NCBI RefSeq assembly: GCF_001194135.2
Contig: NC_068983.1
Location: 137,507,169 to 137,555,365 of the forward strand
Direction: 5' to 3'
Length of the DNA stretch: 48,197 bases
Source of the DNA: Octopus bimaculoides
Lineage: Eukaryota
Both the position numbers and the translations under genes were made by a program. How positions within the stretch are numbered: the first letter of the stretch is position 1; each line of letters begins with the position of its first letter. Below, one piece after another: positions 1 through 11,900 of the stretch. The notes beneath the pieces were generated by a model. It ran no database searches. It was not told where the DNA came from and was given only the letters and a program-made list of their open reading frames with translations.

Positions 1-299
1 CGGGAGGGGACCTTACACCACCCACAAATCTGGTCGGTGGCTTTCAACAGGTTGTCCCGCAGAAATCTCCAATTGTCTTCCACGTTGTATGATGCTATAT
101 CCCCTTCTATTTCGTTAAATGCTTCAAGTAACTTGTCTCTAAGTCTCTGTCCGTTTGCAGGGTCTTTAAGCTTCCACACCCTTCTCCTCCAAGCCTGTCT
201 AATTCTGGGCACCCATTTTGCCTTGATCCCAAAGTCGCTAACTACTAATCTATGTTGTGGGGTACATTCTTCGCCAGGGTAGGTTTTGGCATTTATAAC
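1..299 (-). mobile_element. RTE-clade LINE fragment (end of AP endonuclease domain and linker)
   Basis: Manual minus-strand translation VINAKTYPGEECTPQHRLVVSDF...VWKLKDP...NWRFLRDNLLKATDQICGWCK resembles RTE ORF sequence (EEC..QHRLVV.D; WKLK). Confidence 0.75.
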
Positions 300-1344
300 A
301 TTTGTATGTTACATGCAATTTTCAGGTCTACACATTTCTCAAACAGCATCAAAGTAGGGCAAAATATTGCAACTGTGTATGAAGACTAGTTTGATTTTGT
401 TCTTAAAAACAAAGTGATTTACACCACCACAATTCCCACCACATACAATGGATAAAGCAAGATATGTCTTGTGAAGAAGATGTTATATACATATTTTCAC
501 ATATATATTTGTGTGGGTCTGTAATTTCAGATGTTCTCCTGTTTTCAAGCAAAGAAATCAACAGATCATGTGAAAATCATATCTCTCTGAACTCAGCTGA
601 GCTTTCATGAACAATAGCCATGTCTCACCACCAAGAAAGAACACGGTTCTTACAGACATAAATTGTTTGAATAGTAGAGTTTATGAAGTAGCTTAGTCCT
701 AAATATTGTGTTTAAAACAAAAAGGATAGAATGGTAACACCAGAACACATTTAACAATAATTTTTTATGATATCTGTATCTCCTCCTTAACATCTCTACA
801 ATCTATTCAGATGTACCCTTCACTGTATTGACATTAAAAGTAGCAGTCCTAAAGTTCTGTGTCGGGTTGGGAAAATGTTGCAGGTAGTACTGATTGGGTT
901 CAGGTGCAGAAAATAGGTATCACATTGATGTTCATTTTCTGCATTTGAAAGAGAGGCACTTGGTAGTGAAATTGTTTGATTACAGATGAAGAACATTCAC
1001 ACCTGAGAATTGCACAATATGCACAGTACTGACATAGTATTAGTCATAAGTACACAAGGTTTTTACAGTGTTTATGGTTCATGATTTTTGCAATTTTTTT
1101 TCTGGATGCTCTTTTTATTATCAACTAGTTTATAGCTTTCTAAAAATTTCAAAAGAAGTTTTTGTTTTGCTTTAGAATGAGTAAAAAAGTTTTTTTCTTT
1201 GAGATTTCATTTGATTTGTGTTGTTTTAAATAGTACACTGTCACTCTATCAGATGATTTAACATTTTCTACAGTAAAAAAAAAAGTTGTACAACTTAGGA
1301 TGCACCTAGATGGGATCTTTTCGGTTTCAGTCTATACTAAAACA

Positions 1345-2110
1345 GCCATACTCTCTTCCTTCAGGGGAACCGCTCACGGTATCCAATAATATCAGAGATC
1401 TGGGTGTAATTGTTGATAACTATCTCAATTGGAGTACCCACATCAACAATAAGGTCAATATAGCTCTTAAGAACCTTCCAGTCCAAAGAACATGGTGTCA
1501 TCATTCCACTTTTCTCCTCCTTTGTACAACCACACCTCGAATACTGCTGCCCCTTGTCTCCCCATACTAAGCAAAACATCTCAAGGATTGAATCATCCCA
1601 GAGGGCACTCACTAAACGAAATGAAGGCATGACTGATCTCGATTACTGGGACTGTCTTAAAGCCTTGAAGCTATACTCTCTCCAGCGCCACCACGAGCAG
1701 TACATCATTTGTACGATGTGGAGAATATACCGCCAGCATTGCACAAATGACCTGAACATTAGTTTCAAGGTTCATCCAAGGCTGGGACCACGGGTCATTT
1801 GTCCTCTGCTCAATTCAGGATCACAACATATGTGTACACAGCAGCATAATTTCTTTTCATCAACAGGCCCTGCCCTGTTTAACATTGTCCCAAAACAGAT
1901 AAAAGAGGAAAAGGATCCTATCAGTTTTAAACAGAGTCTAGACAGATTTCTTCAAGGAATACCAGATAAGCCACCCATACCTGGATACAACTCACTACTT
2001 GAATGGACCATAAGCAAAACTTGACTTTAAAAGGATTTAGATAATCCTATCAGGTGGTGCTATTAAGTTAGATATAGCTTGGACCAAGCTTTGGTCAAAA
2101 CATATCTAAG
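1345..2110 (+). mobile_element. CR1/L2-type LINE 3' fragment (RT C-terminus and 3' UTR), degenerate
   Basis: ORF 1310-1570 has IRDLGVIVDNYLNWSTHINNKV; ORF 1554-2024 has IESSQRALTK...LKLYSLQR...FKQSLDRFLQGIPDKP...NSLLEW; frameshifted between the two. Confidence 0.8.
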
Positions 2111-3547
2111 TTTAGATCTGATTCTTTCAAAGATTTCTGTACAGATGTAGAAACAGAAAATATCCCACAAGCCATTTGCTCTCTCTCTCTTTCTTTCTCT
2201 CACAAGAAGTGGAAATATCTACTTATATTCTACACACATACACCTTCTGCTGTTGATTGCTAGATATTTTCTCTCTGCTGGAGATGTGGAAACTAAAACG
2301 AGGGAGGGTAATTGAAAGTTCAGTTCCAAGTAGGCAAAATTCGAAAATTATATTCTGTTTCAAAGGTCGATAGAATTGAGAAATAATGCTGTATTTCAGT
2401 GTCATTAGTTATTTTATACGTGAAACTAATATCGATTTATACTTGAGCCAACTTGGGGCTTCTATGATTTCGTTCGGTCTGGCGGGTATAAAAAGCCAAG
2501 TCCCCCTCGAAATGTGTTTTAGACTATACATTAATATCTTAATGAAAAACAAGGTGGGGAAAGATTTCCGCCCCCCGACCCATTTCCTCATAAATTTGTT
2601 CATTTAAAAAATTGTTTTGCCAAAAATCCCCGTTTTCAGATATGGAGGTTCCGGAAAATTGCCAAAATACAGAAATGTTTTGAAATTTTTGTCCGTACTT
2701 TTCCACATATTTAGAAAAAAAAAATAAAATTTTACAAAAATTTTTGGAAATTTTTTCAGAATCATAATCTCCGTATTTTTCCGCATATTTTGAAGAAAAA
2801 AAGAAAAAATCTTGAAGAAAAGTTTAAAATGAAGGAAACGTGGGTGGTAATTTAGAAATGTCGATTTTTGCCAATTTGTTTGCAGATTCGTATTCCCCGT
2901 AGCTGAAAAGGGTAGGGGGTTGTGTCGAAACAAAAAAAATTTTTTTAAGGATCGTTTTAGGGAAAGGATGGGCGGAAGTCTTGCCCAAGGTGGTCACGGT
3001 TGGAAAGCCTTTTGAGGGGTCTGCTCGATCGGAGTTGATCTGGCGCTAAGCAACAGCTAAGCTGAGGAAAGATCACGATCATATAACTTACACCTGTTTA
3101 AGTCATGTTTATAGACACCTTTGTTGCTATAGCACATACGTCATGTGACCAACCTGTTGCCTCATTTTGAACAAACACAAAACCCAAGATAAACATCGCG
3201 TGGCTGTTTACTACTATCTCCCTTCAAAACATAACCCTTCTTTTCGTTACTACTCTACTAATTAATATTGTCACTAATGCTACCATCTTCTCCATATCCA
3301 ATCTTTAATGTCGGACCAGCTAGCTGGTTTCGTCAATTTCTATTCGCATATTAAAATCATCAGCATTGTTATCATCCTGTCATAGAGTCGGCGCGTATGT
3401 GCCCAAAACAAGCTGAATTAAATGTTATTCTTTTTGTAGTTATTCTTTACAATAAACAGCCAATATCGAGTTAACATTGAATCTATAACTTTCATAGTAT
3501 CCTCGCCGTATCAAAATTCTGTTAAACTGAACATTTCTGATTCTTTA

Positions 3548-3719
3548 ATGGGAAGGCCAAGGAAATATGCTACAGACGAAGAGCGTCGTGCTGAAGATGC
3601 CTTGAGAGCAAGGGACAGAAGAGAGAGAGAAGCTGTAGAAGAAAGAGAGAAGCGCCTTAGAACAAATGAGAAAAACAGCTGTAAAGAGAAGACGACAGAA
3701 ACGTTCTGGCGAGATTAAG
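3548..3719 (+). pseudogene. Frameshifted STPR-like (Arg/Glu-rich, about 23-aa repeat) first exon
   Basis: ATG 3548: MGRPRKYATDEERRAEDALRARDRREREAVEEREKRL; after removing 1 nt it continues EQMRKTAVKRRRQKRSGEIK to donor AAG|GTAACG at 3720; as assembled it stops at TAA 3716-3718. Confidence 0.55.
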
Positions 3720-4508
3720 GTAACGTATATCTTAACGTCCTGGCAAGAGAAGTATCTATAGAGAGAAATGAGGTTAACGTCTCATGCTCCCTTCCCCACT
3801 TTCACTTTTTGTTTTAGTCTTTCGTTTTAATTTCCAAACATACCACCCACAATCATTAAAATAGCACAATTTAGAAACGAAAATTCAATTGCTTCATAGC
3901 TAAACAATTTGGCCCACATCTACATTCTATTGTGTTAAGTCAGCGAAATGCTTTTGCAGGGTTTCTCACATTAAATAGTTACGTGTTAATGTTTTGGGAA
4001 GCAGTCCCACATTTAAAAGTTGGTTTGTAATTTCTGTTATGCTTAAATGTACGTCGATGATTTCAATTTATTGAGACAGTGAAGACTTTTGCTTTGTACA
4101 TACACAGGGTGATCAAAAGAAACCAAAAGTACCCTGAATATTTTCACGCGATTAAATTTGTTTTCGTGGAGACATTTTCCTTATTCGTTAGTTTTCTAAG
4201 AATTTAACTAGCCTATCTACAGTTAAAGCTTTACTCTAAATATTAATTATTGTAATGTTTACTCAACAAGACTTTACAATGATAGCATCATATTACCTTG
4301 CATAATCGAAGGTGAGGTAAAATTTTAAAATATAACTTCTCAATAGAAGATGTTTGATTGCATAATGTTATTCTAAAATTCGGATCATCGGTCCTTCTGT
4401 TTAATCTTATAATTTTTTAATGTAAAATTTGTGTCCATGTTTACTTGTTTGTGTTTTGTATTGTTTCTAATGTTTGTTTGTCCCCCAAATCATAAAAACG
4501 TCAAGAAA

Positions 4509-4698
4509 AAATGCTTAGCAGTATTTTTCCTGTTCTTTATATTTTGAGTTCAATTCCCACCAGGATCAACTTTGCCTCTCGTCCTTTCGGGGCCGATAAA
4601 ATAATGTACCTGTCAAATATTGATTGAGGTAGATGGTATCTACTAAACTTCTCTCCTCGAAATTTTTAGCCTTGTGTCCAAATCAGAAACCATTATTA
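4509..4698 (+). mobile_element. tRNA-derived SINE, 5'-truncated
   Basis: Similar to the complete SINE at 37006-37233 (aaatgcttagcagtattt...gagttcaattccc...tttcgggg..gataaaata..tacc). Confidence 0.6.
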
Positions 4699-5581
4699 TT
4701 TTTATTCATGCCATACCTATAGATACTGAACAGAGCCTGCTAAACAAACTTCAACACTGATATATAAAATAGGTACTATATGATTAATAATATAGCATGT
4801 TTAAAAATAACGAAGCAGGGTATTTAGGAAGATTTACTGTGAGGAAGTGTTACTTTATCAACCTGTGCAAGTTGAATGCCCTATATCAGTTAATAAAAAA
4901 GTTATTCTCACTTTCAGTACAACCCTCGCGCGTGCGCGATAGCTGTAAACGAATGTCGTCGTCATACAAGTGGTGTCATTTGTTTACAATCTTCCATGAA
5001 AATATATCCGGACATAAGGAAATATTGCTGTTTGGAAACATGTGAGGGTTGGTGACAAGAAGGGCATCTAGTTTTAGAAAATCTGTCTCAATGTATATTC
5101 TGTCTGATTCATGCAAACATGGAAAAGTAGACGTTAAAATGATGAGGATTATGATGACCCTTTTTTGTCTTTGTTTATTGAAGGAAGGTTTTTACAGTGT
5201 GCAGCATTTTGTAGTCTTGTGGTTACTGAAAAATATGTTGGTGGATACCTTGTCGGAGCAGTTTAGATCAACAATGAACTCACTAAAAGCAAAATGAGGG
5301 TCAGCAATGCCCACTTTGTTTATTCTCAGTCCTCATCATAATCCTTGAGATAATCACCTTGGAGTTTGGTTTAAGGAATTAGCTAATGGTCTAATTCTCA
5401 CAGAACAGCAACAAGTGTTTGAAATCACAAAAAGGTTAACAAGGATTGAGAGGTCACACGATTGCTCTGGATAGCAAGTGACCTGATCTGAGATCGTGTG
5501 CTGGAACGAAAGCAATTGCAGCGTGGAAGGTGTTTATAAGCCATTTAAAAAACACAAAAACCGTTAGATTCACTTCAACAT

Positions 5582-5701
5582 TTAAATTTAATTTGCCCAA
5601 ATATTTTCGTCACTTTGAGACTGCGACCTGTTCACTGACATGATATTCTGTCAGTGAAAAGGTCTCAAAGCGACGAAAATATTTTGGCAAATTAAATTTA
5701 A
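5582..5701. repeat. About 120-bp imperfect inverted repeat (hairpin)
   Basis: aaatttaatttgcccaaatattttcgtcactttgagac..ctgttcactgaca / 8-nt loop / tgtcagtgaaaaggtctcaaagcgacgaaaatattttggcaaattaaattt. Confidence 0.85.
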
Positions 5702-6367
5702 GTATATATATATATATGTATNNNNNNNNNNNNNNNNNNNNNNNNNNNNNNNNNNNNNNNNNNNNNNNNNNNNNNNNNNNNNNNNNNNNNNNNNNNNNNN
5801 NNNNNNNNNNNNNNNNNNNNNNNNNNNNNNNNNNNNATATATATATATATATAAAAACTATGATGCATCTAAGCTAGAAGCACAGGTGTCATGTAAAACT
5901 TTAATTAATATGTCAGATGGAAATCAGCTGGGCTCTGATTTTGTGTAACCAGTGAAAAGGAAGGTAGATAAAAGGGTTCAGTGAGGGCTCTTGCAGGCTT
6001 TCAGAAAATCGAACTATTAGATCTATCAGATGCATAAGACTATCTAACTGTTGAATATTATAGATTGTTCAGTTGTCCGGAGGTGGTACAATTTGAATGA
6101 AATAACTGAAGTAAGCCAAGGTGAACTTAGAAGAAAAGTGGTTTAGTAATTTCAAAATTGTCACAGGACTTTAAGGAATTTAACTGATTCTGAGCCTGCT
6201 GAAGCTCACAAAAGTCAGTTTAGTCATGTATAATCTCCTTTAGATGTATTGCTTACTCTTCTGATTAGATTATGGATTAACATAATAAAAGAAGTCTTCT
6301 TGATAAAAACCACTCAACCAATTGCCCTCACTTTCAATGTCTGAAAGGTGAGAAAACTTTCTTTTAT

Positions 6368-6690
6368 CATGTTGAATTTCTTTCCTTTCTCAGTGATTAC
6401 CGGCACAGTTTCCATACAACCAGATCTATTGGACATCTGCTCCCGCTTAATACGCTCTGATCTCTCACTCTTGAGAACTTTGGTGTAAGCAATGTTGTTG
6501 CCATTGACATCAGCAAATACTTCAAGTGAAAACTACTTAAGTTTACTCCTATGGACTGCATTTGTCTCATCTCTAGGACTGAAAATTTCTTTTTGGACTG
6601 CCACATTACCAGAAGTGTTGCCAAAGTTATTGACACTCTATCACCTCTGATGTACCTCAAGGTTCGGTTATTTCTCTTATATTCTTCTTT
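6368..6690 (+). mobile_element. CR1-type reverse transcriptase fragment, degenerate
   Basis: Manual translation HVEFLSFLSDYRHSFHTTRSIGHLL / ENFGVSNVVAIDISKYF / LLKFTPYG / SDVPQGSVISLIFF matches the QxGFR, DxSKAFD and GVPQGS motifs of LINE RT. Confidence 0.7.
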
Positions 6691-7240
6691 TTGTATTTTA
6701 ATGATCTACTTGTAGCAGTGTCTAACCACTCTCTCGCACACACATAAATCATTTATGATGAGCGTATCATTCTTCTCTTCAATCTTCTGCATGCATATCA
6801 CATACACATTGGGACATGGTGATCTACTTCCTTCAGCACACCAAAATGCAATTGTTACAAATATTGAGTAAACAGTCTTGCACCACATCTCCAAAACATC
6901 AGCAGCATGCAACTAAACATTTCAAGACACTCAAAGTTTAAATTTCACAGTTTTTGTGTTAACTAAACATGTATAAAATAACATTTGCAAAATTACATCA
7001 CAAAGTCTTGGATTTTTTGAAGGCAAGAAGGCAGAGGTAAAGTACATGGACCACACCCCCTTTCTGTCTTTTTTTTTCTACAGAAATCCACTTTTCGATT
7101 CCAGAGATTCCGAATCTTCCAACCAAAATTGGCATTTCAAAATTCGAAATGGGGTGCGGTCCATGTCCTTTACCTCTGCCGGCAAGAAAATTGTACTGTT
7201 GCTACACACATTAGACATCTTAGTCCACATCCCAAAACAA

Positions 7241-7531
7241 TTATTACCTTGCACGCGTTAGTGAAAGCAGGGTATTGTAGTTGCTCATCTTTGTCTGTTT
7301 GTGTGTTTGCAAAATTACTGGGAAAAGGCTGAACAGATTTTCATCAAATTTGGCAGAAATATTCATTTGGTAAACGGCTCGGGCTCATTTAATTTTGGTT
7401 TGATTATCTTCAAAACTGGCGGACAAGTGAATCAAAATGTTTTGACTCTGCAGATTTTTTGCAAAAGAATTTATGTGCACACAGGGTATGCATTGTTTTG
7501 GCATGTTCTCAGCACAAGAACCTATTACTAG
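7241..7531 (+). mobile_element. Non-autonomous Helentron-type element (HINE/DINE-1-like)
   Basis: 5' ttattaccttgc...gcagggtattg subterminal hairpin; ctgtttgtgtgttt tract; atcaaatttggcag core; 3' cacagggtatgcattg...ctattaCTAG end. Confidence 0.55.
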
Positions 7532-8936
7532 CACATAAAAGCGTGTATTATGTGGCATAACTACAGAGGTGTACCCTGACTTGTTTCCCTCAACTTTCAG
7601 GAAAACGGGTATCTTTTAATTAAATTTTATACAAATACCTTTGTATATCATTTGAATCGTCTGCGTGTGTATAGATCATGGTGTACCTAAGCACGTATAC
7701 ACGTGTGGGTATATACATAAATATGCGACTGTGTGTGTGTGTATACAGTGATGTATTTGAAGGTTTCGCTTATTTATGAGTTTCTTAATTTCACCGGAGT
7801 ATAAATACCTATAATGGTGAAAACCGACCCCGACAATCAACCTATCGCAAGGCTCAGCGGGTATCGATCAACCACTCCATCTTGCAGCCACTAAATCAGT
7901 ATGCTTTTGGCGCGATGGAGACGTGCATTGAAAAAATAAAAAACAAAAAAAAAATAATACCCGGCGAGAAACTCCATCTGCAAAAGGTGTCAGAAGAAAA
8001 ACCACTGGGAGAAATCCTGCCTCTCAAAAAAAAACTTTCTTTGAACTGGTTTATGACAAATTTTATTCAAACTTTATTTCTGCTCGCCGTCTAATCCGTT
8101 AATTAATGTGTCCAACGCCTAAGACACTTTGTTGTATATTATATCCATCGATCAACGTTATTTGACATTAGGCCGCATTTTCGTACTCAGCACAAAATAA
8201 GATATTTGTATTTTTATCTATTATTTACTATTGTAGTGTTTCGTTAGAAAACAAATGGTGTTCGCCAAATCAGAAAGATCCGAATTAATGATAGCATATT
8301 ATGATTCATAATAGTGATACTTAAAATTTTTTTTTTTTTAATTGAACTTACAAATTTCCCGATAAGCAAGTGCTTATATTATTTATATAACGATGATTTA
8401 CAGTACGTCTGATTCGCCTGCCATCATTGAAAGATGTTGAAAACACTTCTCAAATTCTATGCACTATTTTCTATAAGTATTTCATTTTGTTCACTTTCTT
8501 TTTCATAACCATGATTATTATTTGAATAATCATTTATTTAGTCATATGCAAATTTTATGTTGAACTTTCCAAAACAACCTTTGAATTTCTTTGTCAACTC
8601 GTATTTTAGCATTTCACTGTAAAACTTGAAATACAAAGTTTTTTTCAACACGCATGATTCTTCACTGAAAAATTGAACAAGAATCTTCATTTTATGTTAT
8701 TTTTTCTTAATTTTAATTCCAAACCCCTTAACTTAGATCATATTTTTGTATAATTATAAATATTTACATTTAAACTTGGTCACATGCAAATTTCACATTG
8801 AAAATCCTCAAAACAACTTCTGAATTGTATATTTACTCGTAGTTTTGTTATTAGTCACCGTTTCCGCATGACCTCCATCTGATGTTGCATAAATAACACC
8901 ACCCTGTCTTATCCACAACATGACCCTTTGACTTAA

Positions 8937-8941
8937 CCAAT
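8937..8941 (+). promoter_or_regulatory. Candidate CCAAT box upstream of gene 1 first exon
   Basis: aaCCAATcaca about 136 nt upstream of ATG 9077; motif only. Confidence 0.3.
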
Positions 8942-9076
8942 CACAGTCCCACTCACCTTGCTCATTTAATAGACATTTCCTTCACGTTATAACATTCTGC
9001 GACACAGCGTCTTCTGATTTGGTACAGCCACCGGATAAGGGCCATCGCAGATACAACAATCCTTCGTTCAACATTC

Positions 9077-9355
9077 ATGATGCCTCGATCACGATCTATG
9101 AGTGTTGAGCAACGACGGCAAGAAAGTGTAAGAAGAATGCGAAGGTTGCGGGCAAGAGAAACGGCAGAGAAGATTGCAGAACGAAGAACCAAAAACAGAA
9201 TCAGAATGCAACTGATACGAGCAGCAGAAACTTCTGAAAAGAAATTTAGACGACAAACCATAGACAGAATTAAAAAGCGACAAAAACGGGCAGCTGAAGC
9301 TTCACAAGAGACATCAAAACGTATCCAACTGATACAGACAGCAGAAATAAATTTG
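9077..9355 (+). CDS. BTB gene 1, predicted exon 1: STPR-like 23-aa repeats
   Basis: ETAEKIAERRTKNRIRMQLIRAA and ETSEKKFRRQTIDRIKKRQKRAA (23 aa each); donor TTG|GTTTGT at 9356 is phase 0 and matches the phase-0 acceptor at 14220; the link is inferred. Confidence 0.6.
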
Positions 9356-9660
9356 GTTTGTTTCCTTCTTCTTTTGGTTTGGTAACCTTATTCGGGTAAA
9401 AATTCGTGCCTGTTACTTAGCACTCAAGTATACGTAATATAAAATCGACAGGTTATGTTGTAGCTTAATACTGCATTCCCTTTAACGAGGCACACGGCTC
9501 CACATCATATGTGCTTGTCGTAGACATCGATAAAGTCTACTTTTAGCTGTCATCCTCTTAGGCTTCTTATCCTCTTTTTAGTCAAACACTTACACAGCTT
9601 AATTCAGTTCAATTAAAAAGCATGGGTAAGCAACGCAATGTAAGCCACATTAGAATTGGC

Positions 9661-9756
9661 GAAAAATTTATCTGTGCACAGGGTATGCATTGCTCCTCTG
9701 ATGCCTTGTTTTTATAATTCTGTATAGATTCACTTACATGCTACAACTATTACTAG
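9661..9756 (+). mobile_element. 3' end fragment of the Helentron-type element
   Basis: Shares gtgcacagggtatgcattg and ctattaCTAG with 7470-7531; followed by T. Confidence 0.45.
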
Positions 9757-10599
9757 TTTGTTTAGTCCCAGATCAACCATAAGTAAGCAGGCTTTATTAA
9801 AAGAATTCTAGATATGATCATCTTGCTTTTTTTTTAATCAGACATAGTTTATCAACTACATCCAATATAGCCTTCCCTGTTTTTAAAGATAATAGAATGG
9901 GGTTTAAACTAGCCATATCCGGTCCAAACATTCTACTTATTTTATATTCAGCCATGTAGATTTAACCTCTCACACCTACCTAATAAACAATCACATCTTC
10001 AAAATTTCAAAGCTGTGAGGTAATGCATGGTTAATTCAAAGCAAAATGAATAAATAAGCATCAAATCCGACAGAGTAATCCGAATGCTAAAGAGTTAAGA
10101 GAGATTTAGCTGCTAATTATAACAGGTTGACTGACCAGAGAGAGAGGCTCCCTCATTGGCTCATTCAATGAGGTGCTCTTTGTTGTCTTGTGTTATCTGT
10201 TGGTACTACTATGGTTTATGCTCCACTGAACTAGTAAGCTGTGCTTCACCACTCCTTCCTTTATCATTCTTCTTTTGTCTCACTCTCTAACCATGCACTT
10301 TACTCAATCCTCCTCCAGATTTGCAAACCTTTGGATACCTTTCCCTAATCAGGTTTTATCAAGTTGGATATCTATCATGCTGATGACACCAGTATGGGAG
10401 GATTCTGCTCTTTCTCTTTCAACTAAATTCTTCAAAAGTCATGCACACCATTTTAATAAGACCTGTTGATGGAGGAATGATGCTGAATGAAAGTTTGAGG
10501 TGTATTGTCAATATTGCTAGGACAATAGGTTTTAGAAACTGAAGAAATTAAAATAATATTACATAAAACATGGAAAAATATATATTAGTAAATGGTTTG

Positions 10600-10900
10600 G
10601 TGTTGGATAAAAAAAAAGGTAGATCCTGGTGTGTGTATATTAAAGAATGGAGGAAAGACCTGTATCCAGGCCTTTACAGGGTCTTCTAGAACAATGAAAT
10701 TGTGGTTAATGTTTCTATTGAGCAGTTGTAAGTCAATGGCTTCAGAGGAAAAAAAAAAAAACGTGCTGAGCAGGAATTTGCAGAAGGATAACATTCTGGG
10801 GGAGAAGTGATTAGGAATAGTGGTCGGTGTGGTACTTTATGAGGGCGGAAAACAATATGGGTGAGGTGGTGAAAAGATGAGTGAGTTGGGATACCTTTGT
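10600..10900 (-). mobile_element. Possible Penelope-like RT remnant
   Basis: Degenerate minus-strand motifs HRPLFLITSPPECYPS...LKPL...SLIYTH resemble RPIVS...LKPL...SLYTNI. Confidence 0.35.
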
Positions 10901-10977
10901 GAAGGTTGCATGAGATGAGCCATCTTCTGTAGTAGCAGTAAAAAAAAAAAAAAAGACGGAGAGTGGATATTATAACA

Positions 10978-11539
10978 CGAGGTAGGCCCAGGAAGACATG
11001 GGCTGAGGTGGTGAGGCAAGACCTTCGTACATTGGGCCTCACCGAGGCGATGACTACTGACCGAGACCTTTGGAAATGTGCTGTGCGTGAGAAGACCCGG
11101 CAAGCCAAGTAAGATCGTTGCCAGTGCCCCTGGACTGGCTCTTGTGCGGGTGGCACATAAGATGCACCATTTTGAGCGTGGCCGTTGCCAGTACCGCCTG
11201 ACNNNNNNNNNNNNNNNNNNNNNNNNNNNNNNNNNNNNNNNNNNNNNNNNNNNNNNNNNNNNNNNNNNNNNNNNNNNNNNNNNNNNNNNNNNNNNNNNNN
11301 NATTTCGAGCGTGGCCGTTGCCAGTATCGCCTGACTGGCCTTCGTGCAGGTGACACGTAAAAGCACCTACTACACTCTCTGAGTGGTTGGCGTTAGGAAG
11401 GGCATCCAGCTGTAGAAACTCTGCCAAATTTAGATTGGAGCCTGGTGTTGCCATCCGGTTTCACCAGTCCTCAGTCAAATCGTCGAACCCATGCTAGCAT
11501 GGAAAGCGGACGTTAAACGATGATGATGATGATGATGAT
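10978..11539 (+). mobile_element. RTE LINE 3' end with (GAT)n tail
   Basis: GRPRKTWAEVVRQDLRTLGLTEAMTTDRDLWKCAVREKTRQAK*, then a 3' UTR ending ggaaagcggacgttaaacgatgatgatg; same family as 37666-38013. Confidence 0.85.
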
Positions 11540-11559
11540 CAGTGAACCAGGGTTATGTT

Positions 11560-11900
11560 GATAAGCAACTTCATAACTATCAGTTCAGGATCTTTCTTTG
11601 GATACATCTCCCAGATGTTTGTTTATGTGGCGGCAGCACCATCCCTGAAGTATTTTCCAGTGTTGAAGAGGAAAGTTAATCTCTGCTATGCTGAGGAGGT
11701 GTGTTCAGCAAGAAAAATCATCAATGATGATGTGGCCTAGCATTTGTAGTGACATTGAAGGTTCTATCTGCATGTTGTTCATGTTTAATAGTGGAGGTAT
11801 GACAATGTTTGCATGACATGTAGTGATTGTGACTTTATTGTTGAACAAGACAAGATTATTAAGTAGTAAAACTCTGGTACCCTCTAGGGCAATCAATGCT
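11560..11900 (-). mobile_element. CR1-type RT C-terminal remnant
   Basis: Minus ORF 11705-11896 NLVLFNNK...PPLLNMNNMQIEPSMSLQMLGHIIIDDFSC*THLLSIA fits the NLVxFN...LG..I..DLSW..HI pattern. Confidence 0.45.

Noticed and set aside
326-620. Possible terminal exons of an upstream gene (ttttcag and aatttcag acceptors)
   Set aside because: Short frames with early stops and no recognizable homology.
2298-2945. Possible Tc1/mariner-like non-autonomous element
   Set aside because: I could not identify matching TIRs or a TSD.
7813-8094. CpG-richer region with short ORFs
   Set aside because: Frames are broken by poly-A runs, with no recognizable domain or splice support.
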